Positions 20,325 to 29,696 of a DNA stretch of 64,000 bases are shown here, piece after piece. The stretch comes from Alphaproteobacteria bacterium (GTDB lineage: Bacteria > Pseudomonadota > Alphaproteobacteria > GCA-2731375). The notes beneath the pieces were generated by a model. That model worked only from the letters and a program-made list of their open reading frames with translations, did not search any database and was not told where the DNA came from. A program made the position numbers and the translations under genes. How positions within the stretch are numbered: the stretch's first letter is position 1; every line of letters starts with the position of its first letter. The stretch lies in assembly GCA_965232515.1 (NCBI GenBank), contig CBDDPY010000002.1, positions 3,264,001 to 3,328,000 on the forward strand, in the 5' to 3' direction.

Positions 20325-20371
20325 CGCAACACCTCCAACACAAGGTGTTGCACTTCGTTTGTGAACTCAGG
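19335..20371 (-). mobile_element. IS30 family insertion sequence, 1037 bp
   Basis: 26-bp imperfect terminal IRs (19335-19360 and 20346-20371, 20/26 identical, shared core CGAAGTGCAACA); 3-bp GGA target duplication at 19332-19334 and 20372-20374. Confidence 0.92.
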
Positions 20372-20438
20372 GGATCCATTGCAGCCGCCGATATGGATCC
20401 TGGCCTGCGCCAGGATGACGGGAAGTCCCGGGATCCTG

Positions 20439-22277
20439 TTACCGCCGGCCGAAGAGTTTTTCGATATCGGCGAGCTTGAGCTCGACGTAAGTCGGGCGGC
20501 CGTGGTTGCACTGGCCGGCGCGCGGGGTGCGTTCCATCTCGCGCAACAGCGCGTTCATCTCGTCGAGGGTGAGCCGGCGGCCGGCCCGGACGCTGCCGTG
20601 GCAGGCCATGGTGGCGCAGACATGATCGAGGCGTTCCTTCAAGGCCAGCGCCTGGTCCAGCTCGGCCAGGTCGTCGGCGAGGTCGCGGACCAGGCCAGCG
20701 ACATCGGTCTCACCCAGCAGCGCCGGCACCTCGCGCACAATGACGGCGCCGGGCCCGAAGGCTTCCAGCACCAGGCCCAGCTCGGCGAGTTCGGCCGCGC
20801 GTTCGCTCAAGCGGGTGACGTCGGCCTCGTCGAGCTCGACCACGTCGGGCAGCAGCAGCATCTGCCGCTCAACGCCGGATGCCGCCATCTGCGCCGTCAT
20901 GCGCTCCAGCACCAGGCGTTCGTGCGCCGCGTGCTGGTCGACAATGACGATGCCGTCGTCGGTCTGGGCAACCACATAGGTCTCGTGCAGCTGGCCCCGG
21001 GCCGCGCCCAGCGGATAGTGCTGTGCCGCCACCTCGACCGCGGCGTCGGCATCGGGTTCGGTGCGCGCCATGGGCTGCAGCGGCGCCTGGAAGGCCGCCG
21101 CGGCCTCCGCAAGACCGGCCGGCACAGTTGAAGCCGGCTGGTGATAAAACAGGTTCGGCCCGCGCGACGGCGGCAGGCTCGCCGGCTGGAAGGCGCCGAG
21201 CGCCGCATCGGAGACCGTGGTGGCGGAGCGATGGCCGGCCTCGGCCAGCGCGTGGCGGATGGCGCTGACGATCAGGCCGCGCACCAGGCCGGCATCGCGG
21301 AACCGCACCTCCGTCTTCGCCGGGTGCACGTTGACGTCGACCAGTTCCGCCGGCATGTCGAGGAACAGGGCCACGACCGCGTGCCGGTCGTGCGCCAGCA
21401 CGTCAGCATAGGCGCCGCGCACCGCGCCGTTCAGCAGCTTGTCGCGCACCGGCCGGCCGTTGACGAAGAGGTACTGCGCCTGCGCGTTGCCGCGGTTGAA
21501 GGTCGGCAAGCCGGCATAGCCGGTGAGATGCAAATCGCCGCGCGTGGCGTCGATCGGCAACGCGTTCTCGGCGAAATCCCGGCCCAGCACGGCCGAGAGC
21601 CGCTTCAGGCGGGCATCGAACAGATCGCCGTCGGCGACGGGCAGATTCAGCACCGAACGCCCGCCGTCCGTCAGGCTGAAGCCGATGTCGGGCCGGCTCA
21701 TGGCCAGCCGCCGGACGACGTCGGCGGCATAGCTGAACTCGGTGCGCGGCGACTTCAGGAACTTGAGGCGGGCGGGCGTCGCGTAGAACAGGTCCCGCAC
21801 CTCGACCCGTGTGCCGGGCGGCTGCGCGGCGGGTGCTGCCTGCGACTTGGCGCCCGCCTCGACCCGGATCGCCCAGCCGGAATCGGCGTCTGCCGTGCGG
21901 CTCGCGATGCTGAGCCGGCTGACGGCACCGATCGAGGGCAGCGCCTCGCCCCGGAAGCCCAGCCAGTCGATGTTAAGCGAGCGGTCGTCGGGCAGCTTCG
22001 AGGTGGCGTGGCGCTCGACCGCGAGATCTAGTTCGGCCGGGCGCATGCCGCGACCGTCGTCCGAGACCCGGATCAGCTCGCGTCCGCCCTCGGCAATCAC
22101 CACGTCGATCTGCCGTGCGCCGGCGTCGATGGCGTTCTCGACCAGCTCTTTCACCGCGCTCGCCGGCCGCTCCACGACCTCGCCCGCCGCGATCCGGTTG
22201 ATCGTCGTCTCCGGCAGCACGCGGATCTTTGGCGCCGTGGCGGTACCGTCGTGATCGGTGGAAGCTTGCAGGCTCAT
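20439..22277 (-). CDS. mutL: DNA mismatch repair endonuclease MutL
   Basis: [42 protein letters not shown] and CNHGRP motifs. Confidence 0.98.
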   Translation of the reverse strand: MSLQASTDHDGTATAPKIRVLPETTINRIAAGEVVERPASAVKELVENAIDAGARQIDVVIAEGGRELIRVSDDGRGMRPAELDLAVERHATSKLPDDRSLNIDWLGFRGEALPSIGAVSRLSIASRTADADSGWAIRVEAGAKSQAAPAAQPPGTRVEVRDLFYATPARLKFLKSPRTEFSYAADVVRRLAMSRPDIGFSLTDGGRSVLNLPVADGDLFDARLKRLSAVLGRDFAENALPIDATRGDLHLTGYAGLPTFNRGNAQAQYLFVNGRPVRDKLLNGAVRGAYADVLAHDRHAVVALFLDMPAELVDVNVHPAKTEVRFRDAGLVRGLIVSAIRHALAEAGHRSATTVSDAALGAFQPASLPPSRGPNLFYHQPASTVPAGLAEAAAAFQAPLQPMARTEPDADAAVEVAAQHYPLGAARGQLHETYVVAQTDDGIVIVDQHAAHERLVLERMTAQMAASGVERQMLLLPDVVELDEADVTRLSERAAELAELGLVLEAFGPGAVIVREVPALLGETDVAGLVRDLADDLAELDQALALKERLDHVCATMACHGSVRAGRRLTLDEMNALLREMERTPRAGQCNHGRPTYVELKLADIEKLFGRR

Positions 22278-22362
22278 GGCAATGGTCGTTCTCGAATCGT
22301 GCGCTAGCGTAACAGGTAAAACATAAGCCCGTAAGCGACGCGCCGCTTCCCGTTTGCTGCCG

Positions 22363-23238
22363 TCAGCCCTCCCAATTGTGATGCCGGGCGAGGCGCAGGA
22401 AGGCGGCGACGGTGGGGGAGAATCGGCGGCCGGCGACAGTGGCGAGGCTGATGGTGCGGGCGATTTCGGGTTCGACCAGCACGCGGGTGGCGATACCCGG
22501 CATCACCGGCAGGTATTCCGGCATGACCGAACAGCCCATGCCGGCCAGCACCATGGCCTGGATCCAGTCTTCGCGCTCGCTCGAGTAACGCAACCGGACC
22601 TCGAACGGCTTTGGCCGGCCGAGTTCGTTGAAATGGTCCATGTATTCGCAGTTGACGCGCTGCAGATAGTCCTCGTCGTCGAGCTGCGACAGCGGCACGG
22701 CGGGCATGCCCTCGAAGCGATGCCCCTTCGGAAAGGCGATCATGTAGCGCTCGTCGTAAAGCGGCACGATATCGAGCCGGTCCGGGTAGGACGGCAGGCC
22801 GACGAGCGCCACGTCGAGGTCGCCGGCCAGCAACCGCTCGGTCAACCGCTTGCCGCTCGCCTCGTGCAGGTTCAGGTCCAACGACGGGATCTCGCGCCTG
22901 AGCCGGTCGAGGAAGCCGATCAGGCGCCGCGGCCCGATGGTGCACATGACGCCGAGCTTCAGCGGCGCCTTTTCGAGGTTTTGGAACTCGGCGGCTTCGG
23001 CCTGCGCCGCCAGGCTCGCCTCGTGGACGGCCTTGAGATGCGGCTGCATCAGCCGGCCGAGATCGGTCAAATGAGTGTGGTTGCGCTCGCGCCGGAACAA
23101 GGGACCGCCCAGCTCCTGCTCCAGCTTCTGGATCGCCCGCGTCAGCGACGGTTGCGCCACGTCGCAGGCCTTGGCGGCCCGCGTGAAGTTCAGCGTCTCG
23201 CAGACGGACAGGAAATAGCGCACCTGGTGCATTTCCAT
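22363..23238 (-). CDS. LysR family transcriptional regulator
   Basis: [36 protein letters not shown]. Confidence 0.93.
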   Translation of the reverse strand: MEMHQVRYFLSVCETLNFTRAAKACDVAQPSLTRAIQKLEQELGGPLFRRERNHTHLTDLGRLMQPHLKAVHEASLAAQAEAAEFQNLEKAPLKLGVMCTIGPRRLIGFLDRLRREIPSLDLNLHEASGKRLTERLLAGDLDVALVGLPSYPDRLDIVPLYDERYMIAFPKGHRFEGMPAVPLSQLDDEDYLQRVNCEYMDHFNELGRPKPFEVRLRYSSEREDWIQAMVLAGMGCSVMPEYLPVMPGIATRVLVEPEIARTISLATVAGRRFSPTVAAFLRLARHHNWEG

Positions 23239-23295
23239 GAACGGTTAACCATACCTCCCGATGTCTTCACCATTCGTCCAAAACTTGCTCACAAG

Positions 23296-23340
23296 CTATC
23301 ACAAAATTGTAATCGCGGGCGCTATTTCACTGAAAATAGC
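23296..23340. promoter_or_regulatory. Putative LysR binding region in an AT-rich divergent promoter
   Basis: T-N11-A dyad ATCACAAAATTGTAAT (23298-23313) and near-palindrome GCTATTTCACTGAAAATAGC (23321-23340). Confidence 0.5.
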
Positions 23341-23466
23341 CAGTTTTAGGCTAGTTCAATGCACAACAGCTATCAAAACAGAAGTTCTGGAATATTTCCA
23401 ATCTGCGTCACCCTTCCCATCTTTCGGGCATCGAACCGCAAACCTTCCGACCAGGAGAGAACCCCC

Positions 23467-23937
23467 ATGTCGAATACTTCGTTTCTGAAAGGCCTGATCG
23501 CCGCCGGCGGCCTGGCCATCGCCATGACCGGCGGCGCACAGGCGGCCGAGCCGACCGTGGTCGAGTTGACCCAGACCGCCTGCCAGTTCCTGGAGTCCGA
23601 GCATGGCGTCGACCATGGCTTCAAGACCGCCAGCAAGGCCGATTGCGAGACCATCAACAACACCTCCGGCGACGAGCGCCTGACCAAGTCCAAGGTGCTT
23701 GAGCTGAAGCCCGGCAAGCATGTCTTCCGCGTCACCAACCGCGACGTGCCCTACGCGCTCGGCTTCTGGCTGCGCGGCGACGGCGTGATCGGCCGGGCCA
23801 CCCTGCCGAGCGTCTCGGGCGGCGGCCTGACCACGGGCGCCACCAAGGACTACGAGATCACGCTGAAGGAAGGCGAGTATCTCTACTCCTGCCCGCTGAA
23901 CCCGACGCTCGACTACAAGATCGTCGTCAAGAGCTGA
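23467..23937 (+). CDS. Exported cupredoxin-like domain protein
   Basis: AGGAG RBS, signal peptide ending AQA, and C-terminal ITLKEGEYLYSCPLNPT resembling the cupredoxin C-terminal strand motif. Confidence 0.7.
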   Translation: MSNTSFLKGLIAAGGLAIAMTGGAQAAEPTVVELTQTACQFLESEHGVDHGFKTASKADCETINNTSGDERLTKSKVLELKPGKHVFRVTNRDVPYALGFWLRGDGVIGRATLPSVSGGGLTTGATKDYEITLKEGEYLYSCPLNPTLDYKIVVKS

Positions 23938-24011
23938 CCGGCGACGTGCGATGGGCGGGTCCCTGCGGCCCGCCCGCACCACGCGTTGGGGCGCGAGGAG
24001 AGGACGAGATC

Positions 24012-25439
24012 ATGAGCAAGGTGATCAAAGCAGACATTGCCGTCATCGGCGCCGGCTCCGGCGGGCTGTCGGTCGCGGCCGGCGCCGCCCAGATGGGCGC
24101 CAGGACCGTGCTGATCGAAAAAGGCAAGATGGGCGGCGACTGCCTGAATTATGGCTGCGTGCCGTCGAAGGCGCTGATCGCCGCCGCGCAGGCCGCCAAT
24201 ACGGTGCGCCATAGTGGCCGGTTCGGCGTCAATGGCCATGAGCCGGAGATTGATTTCGCGGCCGTGCACGATCATGTGCACGGCGTCATCGCCGCCATCG
24301 CGCCCCATGACTCCGTCGAACGCTTCGAGGGCCTGGGCGTCGAGGTGATCCAGGGCGCCGGCCGCTTCACCGGGCCGCGCGAGATCGAGGTCGACGGCCA
24401 GCGCATCCGCGCGCGTCGCTTCGTCATCGCCACCGGCTCGTCGGCCGCCGTGCCGCCGATCCCGGGCCTCGCCGACGTGCCCTACCTGACGAACGAGACG
24501 ATTTTCGACCTGACCGACCGGCCGGAACATCTGATCGTCATCGGCGGCGGCCCGATCGGCGCCGAACTGGCGCAGGCGCATCGCCGCCTGGGGGCCGAGG
24601 TGACGATCCTGGAAATGGCCCGAATTCTGGGCAAGGACGATCCGGAGGTCACCGAGATCGTGCGCCAGCGCCTGGCCGATGAAGGCGTCGCCATGCTGGA
24701 AGGCATTTCCATTGCATCTGTCGCACGCGACGGCAACGGCATCGCCGTCAGCATCGAGCAAAACGGCCAAGAACGCACCGTCAGCGGCTCGCATCTGCTA
24801 GTCGCGGCCGGCCGCCGCGCCAATGTCGACGGCTTGAACCTGGATGCCGCCGGCATTGAGTATTCGCCGCACGGCATCACCATCGACGCGCGCCTGCGGA
24901 CCACCAACAAGCGCGTCTTCGCCATCGGCGACGTCGCCGGCGGCTACCAGTTTACCCACGTCGCGGGCTATCACGCCGGCATCGTCATCCGCAACGCGCT
25001 GTTCAGCCTGCCGGCCAAGGCCAATCACGACGCCGTGCCCTGGGTCACCTATACCGACCCCGAGATCGCCCATGTCGGCCTGACCGAGGCGCAGGCGCGC
25101 GAAACGCATGGGGACGCTGTCAAGGTCGTGCGCTGGTCGTTCGCCGAGAACGACCGGGCCCAGGCCGAGCGCGAGACGGACGGCCTGGTCAAGGTCGTGG
25201 TCGGGCCGAAGGGCAAGATCCTGGGCGCCAGCATCGCCGGGCTGCATGCCGGCGAGCTGCTGCAGCCTTGGGTGCTGGCGATCAGCCAGGGCCTGAAGAT
25301 CGGCGCCATGGCCAACATCATCGCGCCCTATCCGACGCTCGGCGAGGTGAACAAGCGGGCGGCCGGCAGCTACTACACGCCGACGCTGTTCAGCGACCGC
25401 ACCCGCAAGGTGGTCGGCCTGGTGCAGCACCTGCCGTAG
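24012..25439 (+). CDS. Pyridine nucleotide-disulfide oxidoreductase (MerA/dihydrolipoamide dehydrogenase-like)
   Basis: GAGSGG FAD motif, GGDCLNYGCVPSK redox disulfide, GGGPIG and YPTLGE; no C-terminal Cys-Cys. Confidence 0.92.
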   Translation: MSKVIKADIAVIGAGSGGLSVAAGAAQMGARTVLIEKGKMGGDCLNYGCVPSKALIAAAQAANTVRHSGRFGVNGHEPEIDFAAVHDHVHGVIAAIAPHDSVERFEGLGVEVIQGAGRFTGPREIEVDGQRIRARRFVIATGSSAAVPPIPGLADVPYLTNETIFDLTDRPEHLIVIGGGPIGAELAQAHRRLGAEVTILEMARILGKDDPEVTEIVRQRLADEGVAMLEGISIASVARDGNGIAVSIEQNGQERTVSGSHLLVAAGRRANVDGLNLDAAGIEYSPHGITIDARLRTTNKRVFAIGDVAGGYQFTHVAGYHAGIVIRNALFSLPAKANHDAVPWVTYTDPEIAHVGLTEAQARETHGDAVKVVRWSFAENDRAQAERETDGLVKVVVGPKGKILGASIAGLHAGELLQPWVLAISQGLKIGAMANIIAPYPTLGEVNKRAAGSYYTPTLFSDRTRKVVGLVQHLP

Positions 25440-25523
25440 GCCGCCGACCACCCCAACCAACACTATTCGAAAACGCTTTCACGGTTCGCCGCAGACGCGG
25501 CGGGCCGACGAGGAGAGACTGTC

Positions 25524-26270
25524 ATGACCGAAGTATCCGCTACCGCCAACGGTGCCCCGGCCAAGGCCGGCCTGGTCAAACGCCTGGCCCCGCTCACCGT
25601 GATGGCGGCCGCCATCGGCGCCTTCTTCGCGCTCGGCCTCGATCAATACGTCACCTTCGACGCCCTGCGCGAACACCGGGCGCTGCTGACCGGCTTCGTC
25701 GCCGAGCAGACCCTGCTGGCCGTCGCGCTGTTTATCGTCGTCTATGCGACCGCGACGGCACTGTCGCTGCCCGGCGGCGCCGTGCTGACCGTCACCGGCG
25801 GCTTTCTGTTCGGTGCCCTTGGCGGGACGATCTGGGTGGTGATCGGCGCAACGCTGGGCGCGACCGGCATCTTCCTTGTCGCCAAGACCGCGCTGGGCGA
25901 CGCGCTGCGCGCCAAGGCCGGTCCGGCGCTGAAAAAAATGGAGGACGGGTTCCGCGAGAACGCGCTCAGCTATCTGCTGGTGCTGCGGCTGATCCCGCTG
26001 TTCCCGTTCTTCGTCGTCAACCTGGTGCCGGCCTTCCTGGGCGTAAGCCTGCGCACCTACATGATCGGTACGTTCGTGGGCATCATCCCGGGCAGCTTCG
26101 TCTTCGCCTCGGTCGGCGCTGGCCTGGGCAGCATCTTCGACGCCGGCCAGGCCTTCACGCTGACCGGCGTGCTGACGCCGGAGATCGTCACTGCGCTTGT
26201 CGGCCTGGCCGCGTTGTCGCTGCTGCCGGTGGTCTACAAGAAAGTGAAGGCCCGCCGCGCCGCTGCCTAA
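25524..26270 (+). CDS. TVP38/TMEM64 (DedA superfamily) membrane protein
   Basis: SLPGGAVLTVTGGFLFG, LRLIPLFPFFVVN and GTFVGIIPG motifs. Confidence 0.92.
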   Translation: MTEVSATANGAPAKAGLVKRLAPLTVMAAAIGAFFALGLDQYVTFDALREHRALLTGFVAEQTLLAVALFIVVYATATALSLPGGAVLTVTGGFLFGALGGTIWVVIGATLGATGIFLVAKTALGDALRAKAGPALKKMEDGFRENALSYLLVLRLIPLFPFFVVNLVPAFLGVSLRTYMIGTFVGIIPGSFVFASVGAGLGSIFDAGQAFTLTGVLTPEIVTALVGLAALSLLPVVYKKVKARRAAA

Positions 26271-26332
26271 GGATCGCATCCCGGACAACAGGAGACGAAC
26301 CGACCAACCCGCCGACAATGGGAGGCCCCCTT

Positions 26333-26371
26333 GGGTCGCGTGCAGAGACATCTGCCGCGGCCCCTTTTTTT
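26333..26371 (+). terminator. Intrinsic terminator after the TVP38 gene
   Basis: GGGTCGCG(T)GCAGA-GACA-TCTGCCGCGGCCC stem followed by C and T7. Confidence 0.7.
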
Positions 26372-26400
26372 GTCCTGTGTACCGCGACGGAAAATTGCCA

Positions 26401-26452
26401 TTGACTCATTTCGACGGTTCATTTATCAATCAATTAGTTAATTAACTGATTG
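26401..26452 (+). promoter_or_regulatory. Sigma70-like promoter and palindromic ArsR operator
   Basis: TTGACT-N17-TATCAA; near-perfect 22-bp palindrome CAATTAGTTAATTAACTGATTG (26431-26452) just before the ArsR ATG. Confidence 0.65.
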
Positions 26453-26459
26453 GCTAATT

Positions 26460-26816
26460 ATGCAAACAGAAGCCCTCGATCCCCTGAGCGCCGCCTTTGC
26501 CGCGCTGGCAGATCCGACCCGCCGGGCGATCCTGGAGCGGCTGGCCGACGGGGAAGCGCCGGTCGGCGATCTGGCGGCGCCGTTTTCGATCACGCCGCAG
26601 GCGGTCTCGCGGCATATCAAGGTGCTGGAGAAATCGGGCTTGATCAGCCGTCGGATCGACAAACAGCGGCGGATCATTCGCCTGAACCCGCAGGCGCTGA
26701 AGCGGACCTCCGATTGGGTCAACCGCTACCGTGCCTTCTGGGAGGGCCAGTTGGACTCCCTCGGCGCCTTCCTCGAGAAGCAAAGCAAGGAGAAGCCCGA
26801 TGGCAAACCTCGCTGA
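26460..26816 (+). CDS. ArsR/SmtB family transcriptional regulator
   Basis: [13 protein letters not shown]...[15 protein letters not shown]...FWEGQLDSL. Confidence 0.92.
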   Translation: MQTEALDPLSAAFAALADPTRRAILERLADGEAPVGDLAAPFSITPQAVSRHIKVLEKSGLISRRIDKQRRIIRLNPQALKRTSDWVNRYRAFWEGQLDSLGAFLEKQSKEKPDGKPR

Positions 26817-27312
26817 CCGCATGCTGACCGACGATGCGGCGACCGACGACCTGCTGTCGGTCTGCGTGCGCAAGACCGTCAATGCGAGCCCGGAACTGAC
26901 CTTCGCGGCGCTGACCGAACCCGAACTGGTCGTTGGGTGGTGGGGACCGGCCGGCTTTACCAGCGACTGGGCCGAAATCGATCTGCGGCCCGGCGGGGCG
27001 TTCCGCATCCACATGGCCGCCTCCGACGGCAGCTATGAGGGCGTGCTGAGCGGCACCTACCTGATCGTCGATGCGCCGAAGCGCCTCAGCTTTCAGATTA
27101 CAGACCACTGCAACGGCGCGCCGGAGTTGTTCGACGCCACGAAGATGGCGCCGACGCTGGTCGAGATCGTATTGCGTCCGATCGACGGCGGTCAGACCGA
27201 GATCACGCTTACTCATTCCGGCTTCCAGGACGCCGTCATCGCCTGTGCGCATGAGGGCGGCTGGTCCGGCGCGTTCGAGAAGTTCGCCCAGGCCGTCGGG
27301 ACGCGGCCATGA
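26800..27312 (+). CDS. SRPBCC (AHSA1-like) domain protein
   Basis: [29 protein letters not shown]; overlaps the ArsR gene in the usual ArsR-SRPBCC pairing. Confidence 0.85.
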   Translation: MANLADRMLTDDAATDDLLSVCVRKTVNASPELTFAALTEPELVVGWWGPAGFTSDWAEIDLRPGGAFRIHMAASDGSYEGVLSGTYLIVDAPKRLSFQITDHCNGAPELFDATKMAPTLVEIVLRPIDGGQTEITLTHSGFQDAVIACAHEGGWSGAFEKFAQAVGTRP

Positions 27313-27342
27313 CACATCCGAGGACATGAAAGGGACAGCACC

Positions 27343-28002
27343 ATGTCGACAGTTATCATTCACGGCTCGGCCAACAGCCAGTTTCTGCGCACGGCGCGCA
27401 TGGCCTGCGAGGAAAAGGGCGTCGCTTACGAGCTGCAGCCCGTCGGCAGCAACACGCTGCCGGATCTGAAGACAGACGCACACAAGAAGCTGCATCCCTT
27501 CGGCCGCATCCCGGTGTTGACGCACGGCGATTTCACGCTGTTCGAGACGTCCGCCATTGCCCGCTATATCGACGAGGGCTTCGACGGCCCGGCCCTGCAG
27601 CCGGCCGACCTGAAAGAGCGCGCGGTGATGAACCAGTGGATCAGCGCCATCAACCACTATCTGGTCAACGCCATGATCTTCAACTTCGTCGCCCAGTTCG
27701 CCTTTCCCTCGGGCCCGGACGGCACGCCCGATATGGAGAAAATCGAGGCCGCCAAGCCGCTTATCCGCGAGTACAACGAAATTCTCGACCGGCACCTTGA
27801 CGGCCGGACCTATCTCGCGAGCGACGCCGTGTCGATCGCCGACCTGCTGCTGGCCCCGATCGCCCACTATGTCGGATCGATGCCGGGCGGACTGCCGCTG
27901 TTCGACGGCCTCGAGAATCTGGGTCGCTGGTGGTATGCCATGGAGAAGCGCGACAGCTTCCAGGCGACGAAGCCGCCGATGCTTGAAAAACAGGCCGCCT
28001 GA
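27343..28002 (+). CDS. Glutathione S-transferase family protein
   Basis: HPFGRIPVL..LFETSAIARYI and YL..D..SIADL motifs. Confidence 0.92.
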   Translation: MSTVIIHGSANSQFLRTARMACEEKGVAYELQPVGSNTLPDLKTDAHKKLHPFGRIPVLTHGDFTLFETSAIARYIDEGFDGPALQPADLKERAVMNQWISAINHYLVNAMIFNFVAQFAFPSGPDGTPDMEKIEAAKPLIREYNEILDRHLDGRTYLASDAVSIADLLLAPIAHYVGSMPGGLPLFDGLENLGRWWYAMEKRDSFQATKPPMLEKQAA

Positions 28003-28093
28003 CGCGGCCCGTCCGGCGACAGGGGGCCGTGGCGATGTCCGCGGTCCCCTGCGCCAGAACTTAACGCATTACCAAACCGCAGCAATTCCGCGC

Positions 28094-28507
28094 TCAGCCG
28101 AGGTTGGCCGACACCTCGTTGCTGAAGCGCGTGTCCGACCGGATGTCAGGATAGGCCGAGATCAACGCGATATATTCCTCGTTGCCGGCCTCCTGGTTGC
28201 CGAAGTCGAAGTCCCGACGGATGTCGAGATCACGGAATGCCTGACCGTTCGGCCGCACCGTCCGCCGCCCGACTTCGCCGATCAAATCGTCACGGTTGCC
28301 GTTGGGCAATTGCGTCGCGAACAGATCAGTGTCGTGGGCGATGTATTGATCGCGGCCGTCGTCGCGGTCGTAGAGATCGGCGAACACCAGAAACGGAATG
28401 TTCAATTCCTGCTCCGTCGCCGAAAAGTTTACCCGGCAACGAACCCGAGCAAACTCGGTCGAGCCGTTGCGGCCAACCTCAAGGTTCACGTTGGATACGC
28501 GTGCCAT
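28094..28507 (-). CDS. Hypothetical protein (137 aa, beta-rich, no recognisable family)
   Basis: AAAGGA RBS before the ATG; protein-like composition unlike the GC shadow ORFs; fills the gap between the GST and ankyrin genes. Confidence 0.7.
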   Translation of the reverse strand: MARVSNVNLEVGRNGSTEFARVRCRVNFSATEQELNIPFLVFADLYDRDDGRDQYIAHDTDLFATQLPNGNRDDLIGEVGRRTVRPNGQAFRDLDIRRDFDFGNQEAGNEEYIALISAYPDIRSDTRFSNEVSANLG

Positions 28508-28657
28508 CTGCTTTTCCTTTCTCGGTTCGAGGCGAGCCGTTTCGGCTCGCGCACCCGGCTTTCACCACCGGGTACCCTTCAAGCTAGGAAGCGCGGAATG
28601 GGCAGGCTGTGAACCGGCTCACGGGCCGGCAAAAGCGCAATTTTCGTTCGTGACGAG

Positions 28658-29512
28658 CTAATGATCGGCGCCGGCCTGCAACAGCAACCGGGCGAGCGCG
28701 CGATCGCCGCGCAGCGCGGCGATGGCGAGCGGTGTCGAACCCTGCGGCGAGCGAGCTCGGGCGTCGGCGCCGGCCGCCAGCAGCACCTTGGCGACACGCG
28801 CCGCGCCGCCATAGGCCGCCAGATGCAAGGGCGTCAGGCCGCTGCCGATCGACAGGTGAACGTCCGCGCCGCCGCCCAGCAGTAAATCGACAACCCGGCC
28901 ATGGCCGGCGTAGGCCGCCTTGTGCAAGGGCGTCCAGCCGCCGTAGTTGGCCAGATTCGGGTCAGCGCCCGCGCGCAGCAGCCGGCTGACGAGATGCGGC
29001 TGATTGGTCTCGGCCGCCATCGACAGCGCCGTATTGCCGTTTCGGTCGCGAAAATCGACCGCGGCGCCCTGGGACAGCAGCATGGCGGCGATTTCCCCGT
29101 TGCCGCGCGCCGCGGTGACGATCAAAGGCGTCGCGCCGGTCTCGGCGTGGCGGCTGTCGGGCGCCGCGCCATGGCCGAGCAGCAATGCGACGACATCCGC
29201 ATGCCCGCAACCGGCGGCCTCGATCAGGGCCGTCATGCCACGATCGTCGCGGTGCCGCATGTCGGCGCCGGCGGCCAACAGGATCCGCACGATGCCGCTG
29301 TCCCCGCGCCTGGCGGCGCGGATCAACGCGGTGGCGCCGCGCTGGTCGACCGCGTTGACGTCAGCGCCGTCGGCGAGCAAGGCCAGCACGGCGCGCCGAT
29401 CCTGTTGTTCCGCCGCTTCGGGCAGGGTAGAGGCGAATGCCGGACAGACAGCGATGGCGAGGACGGGTCCGATAAGCCATCGAATCCGCTTGCGGGTCGG
29501 GAAAGTACGCAT
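28658..29512 (-). CDS. Ankyrin repeat protein, probably exported
   Basis: Repeated G.T(A/P)L..AA..G...V..LL..GAD units (about 7); N-terminal basic plus hydrophobic signal. The start is uncertain. Confidence 0.88.
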   Translation of the reverse strand: MRTFPTRKRIRWLIGPVLAIAVCPAFASTLPEAAEQQDRRAVLALLADGADVNAVDQRGATALIRAARRGDSGIVRILLAAGADMRHRDDRGMTALIEAAGCGHADVVALLLGHGAAPDSRHAETGATPLIVTAARGNGEIAAMLLSQGAAVDFRDRNGNTALSMAAETNQPHLVSRLLRAGADPNLANYGGWTPLHKAAYAGHGRVVDLLLGGGADVHLSIGSGLTPLHLAAYGGAARVAKVLLAAGADARARSPQGSTPLAIAALRGDRALARLLLQAGADH

Positions 29513-29696
29513 CTTCGGCCTCTTGCAAAGGCAAACTGAACCGCGTGCACTCTCGGCCATCGGCGTTTCCGCACGATGTCGCGAACCGCAACAACGTGTT
29601 TCAATTGTTGGCGGGCCGAAGCTTGAGAAATGCCGTCAGTTAAGACGGCGCGGGCGCCGGATTCGTGACAATCCGCCGCCGCGGTTCAGACGGGGC

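Larger units (their letters stand above)
19313..20419. repeat. REP-like palindrome (GTCA...TGAC family) split by IS30
   Basis: Removing the IS and one GGA copy restores GTCATCCTGGCGCAGGCCAGGATCCA-N15-TGGATCCTGGCCTGCGCCAGGATGAC. Confidence 0.88.

Noticed and set aside
24012-25439. Calling the flavoprotein merA or lpdA
   Set aside because: No NmerA domain, no C-terminal Cys-Cys and no mer genes; lacks the HPT His and is not in a 2-oxoacid dehydrogenase operon.
28508-28657. c-di-GMP-I riboswitch
   Set aside because: GAAA-looped hairpins are present, but the GCAAAC and GACGCAAAG core elements are not.
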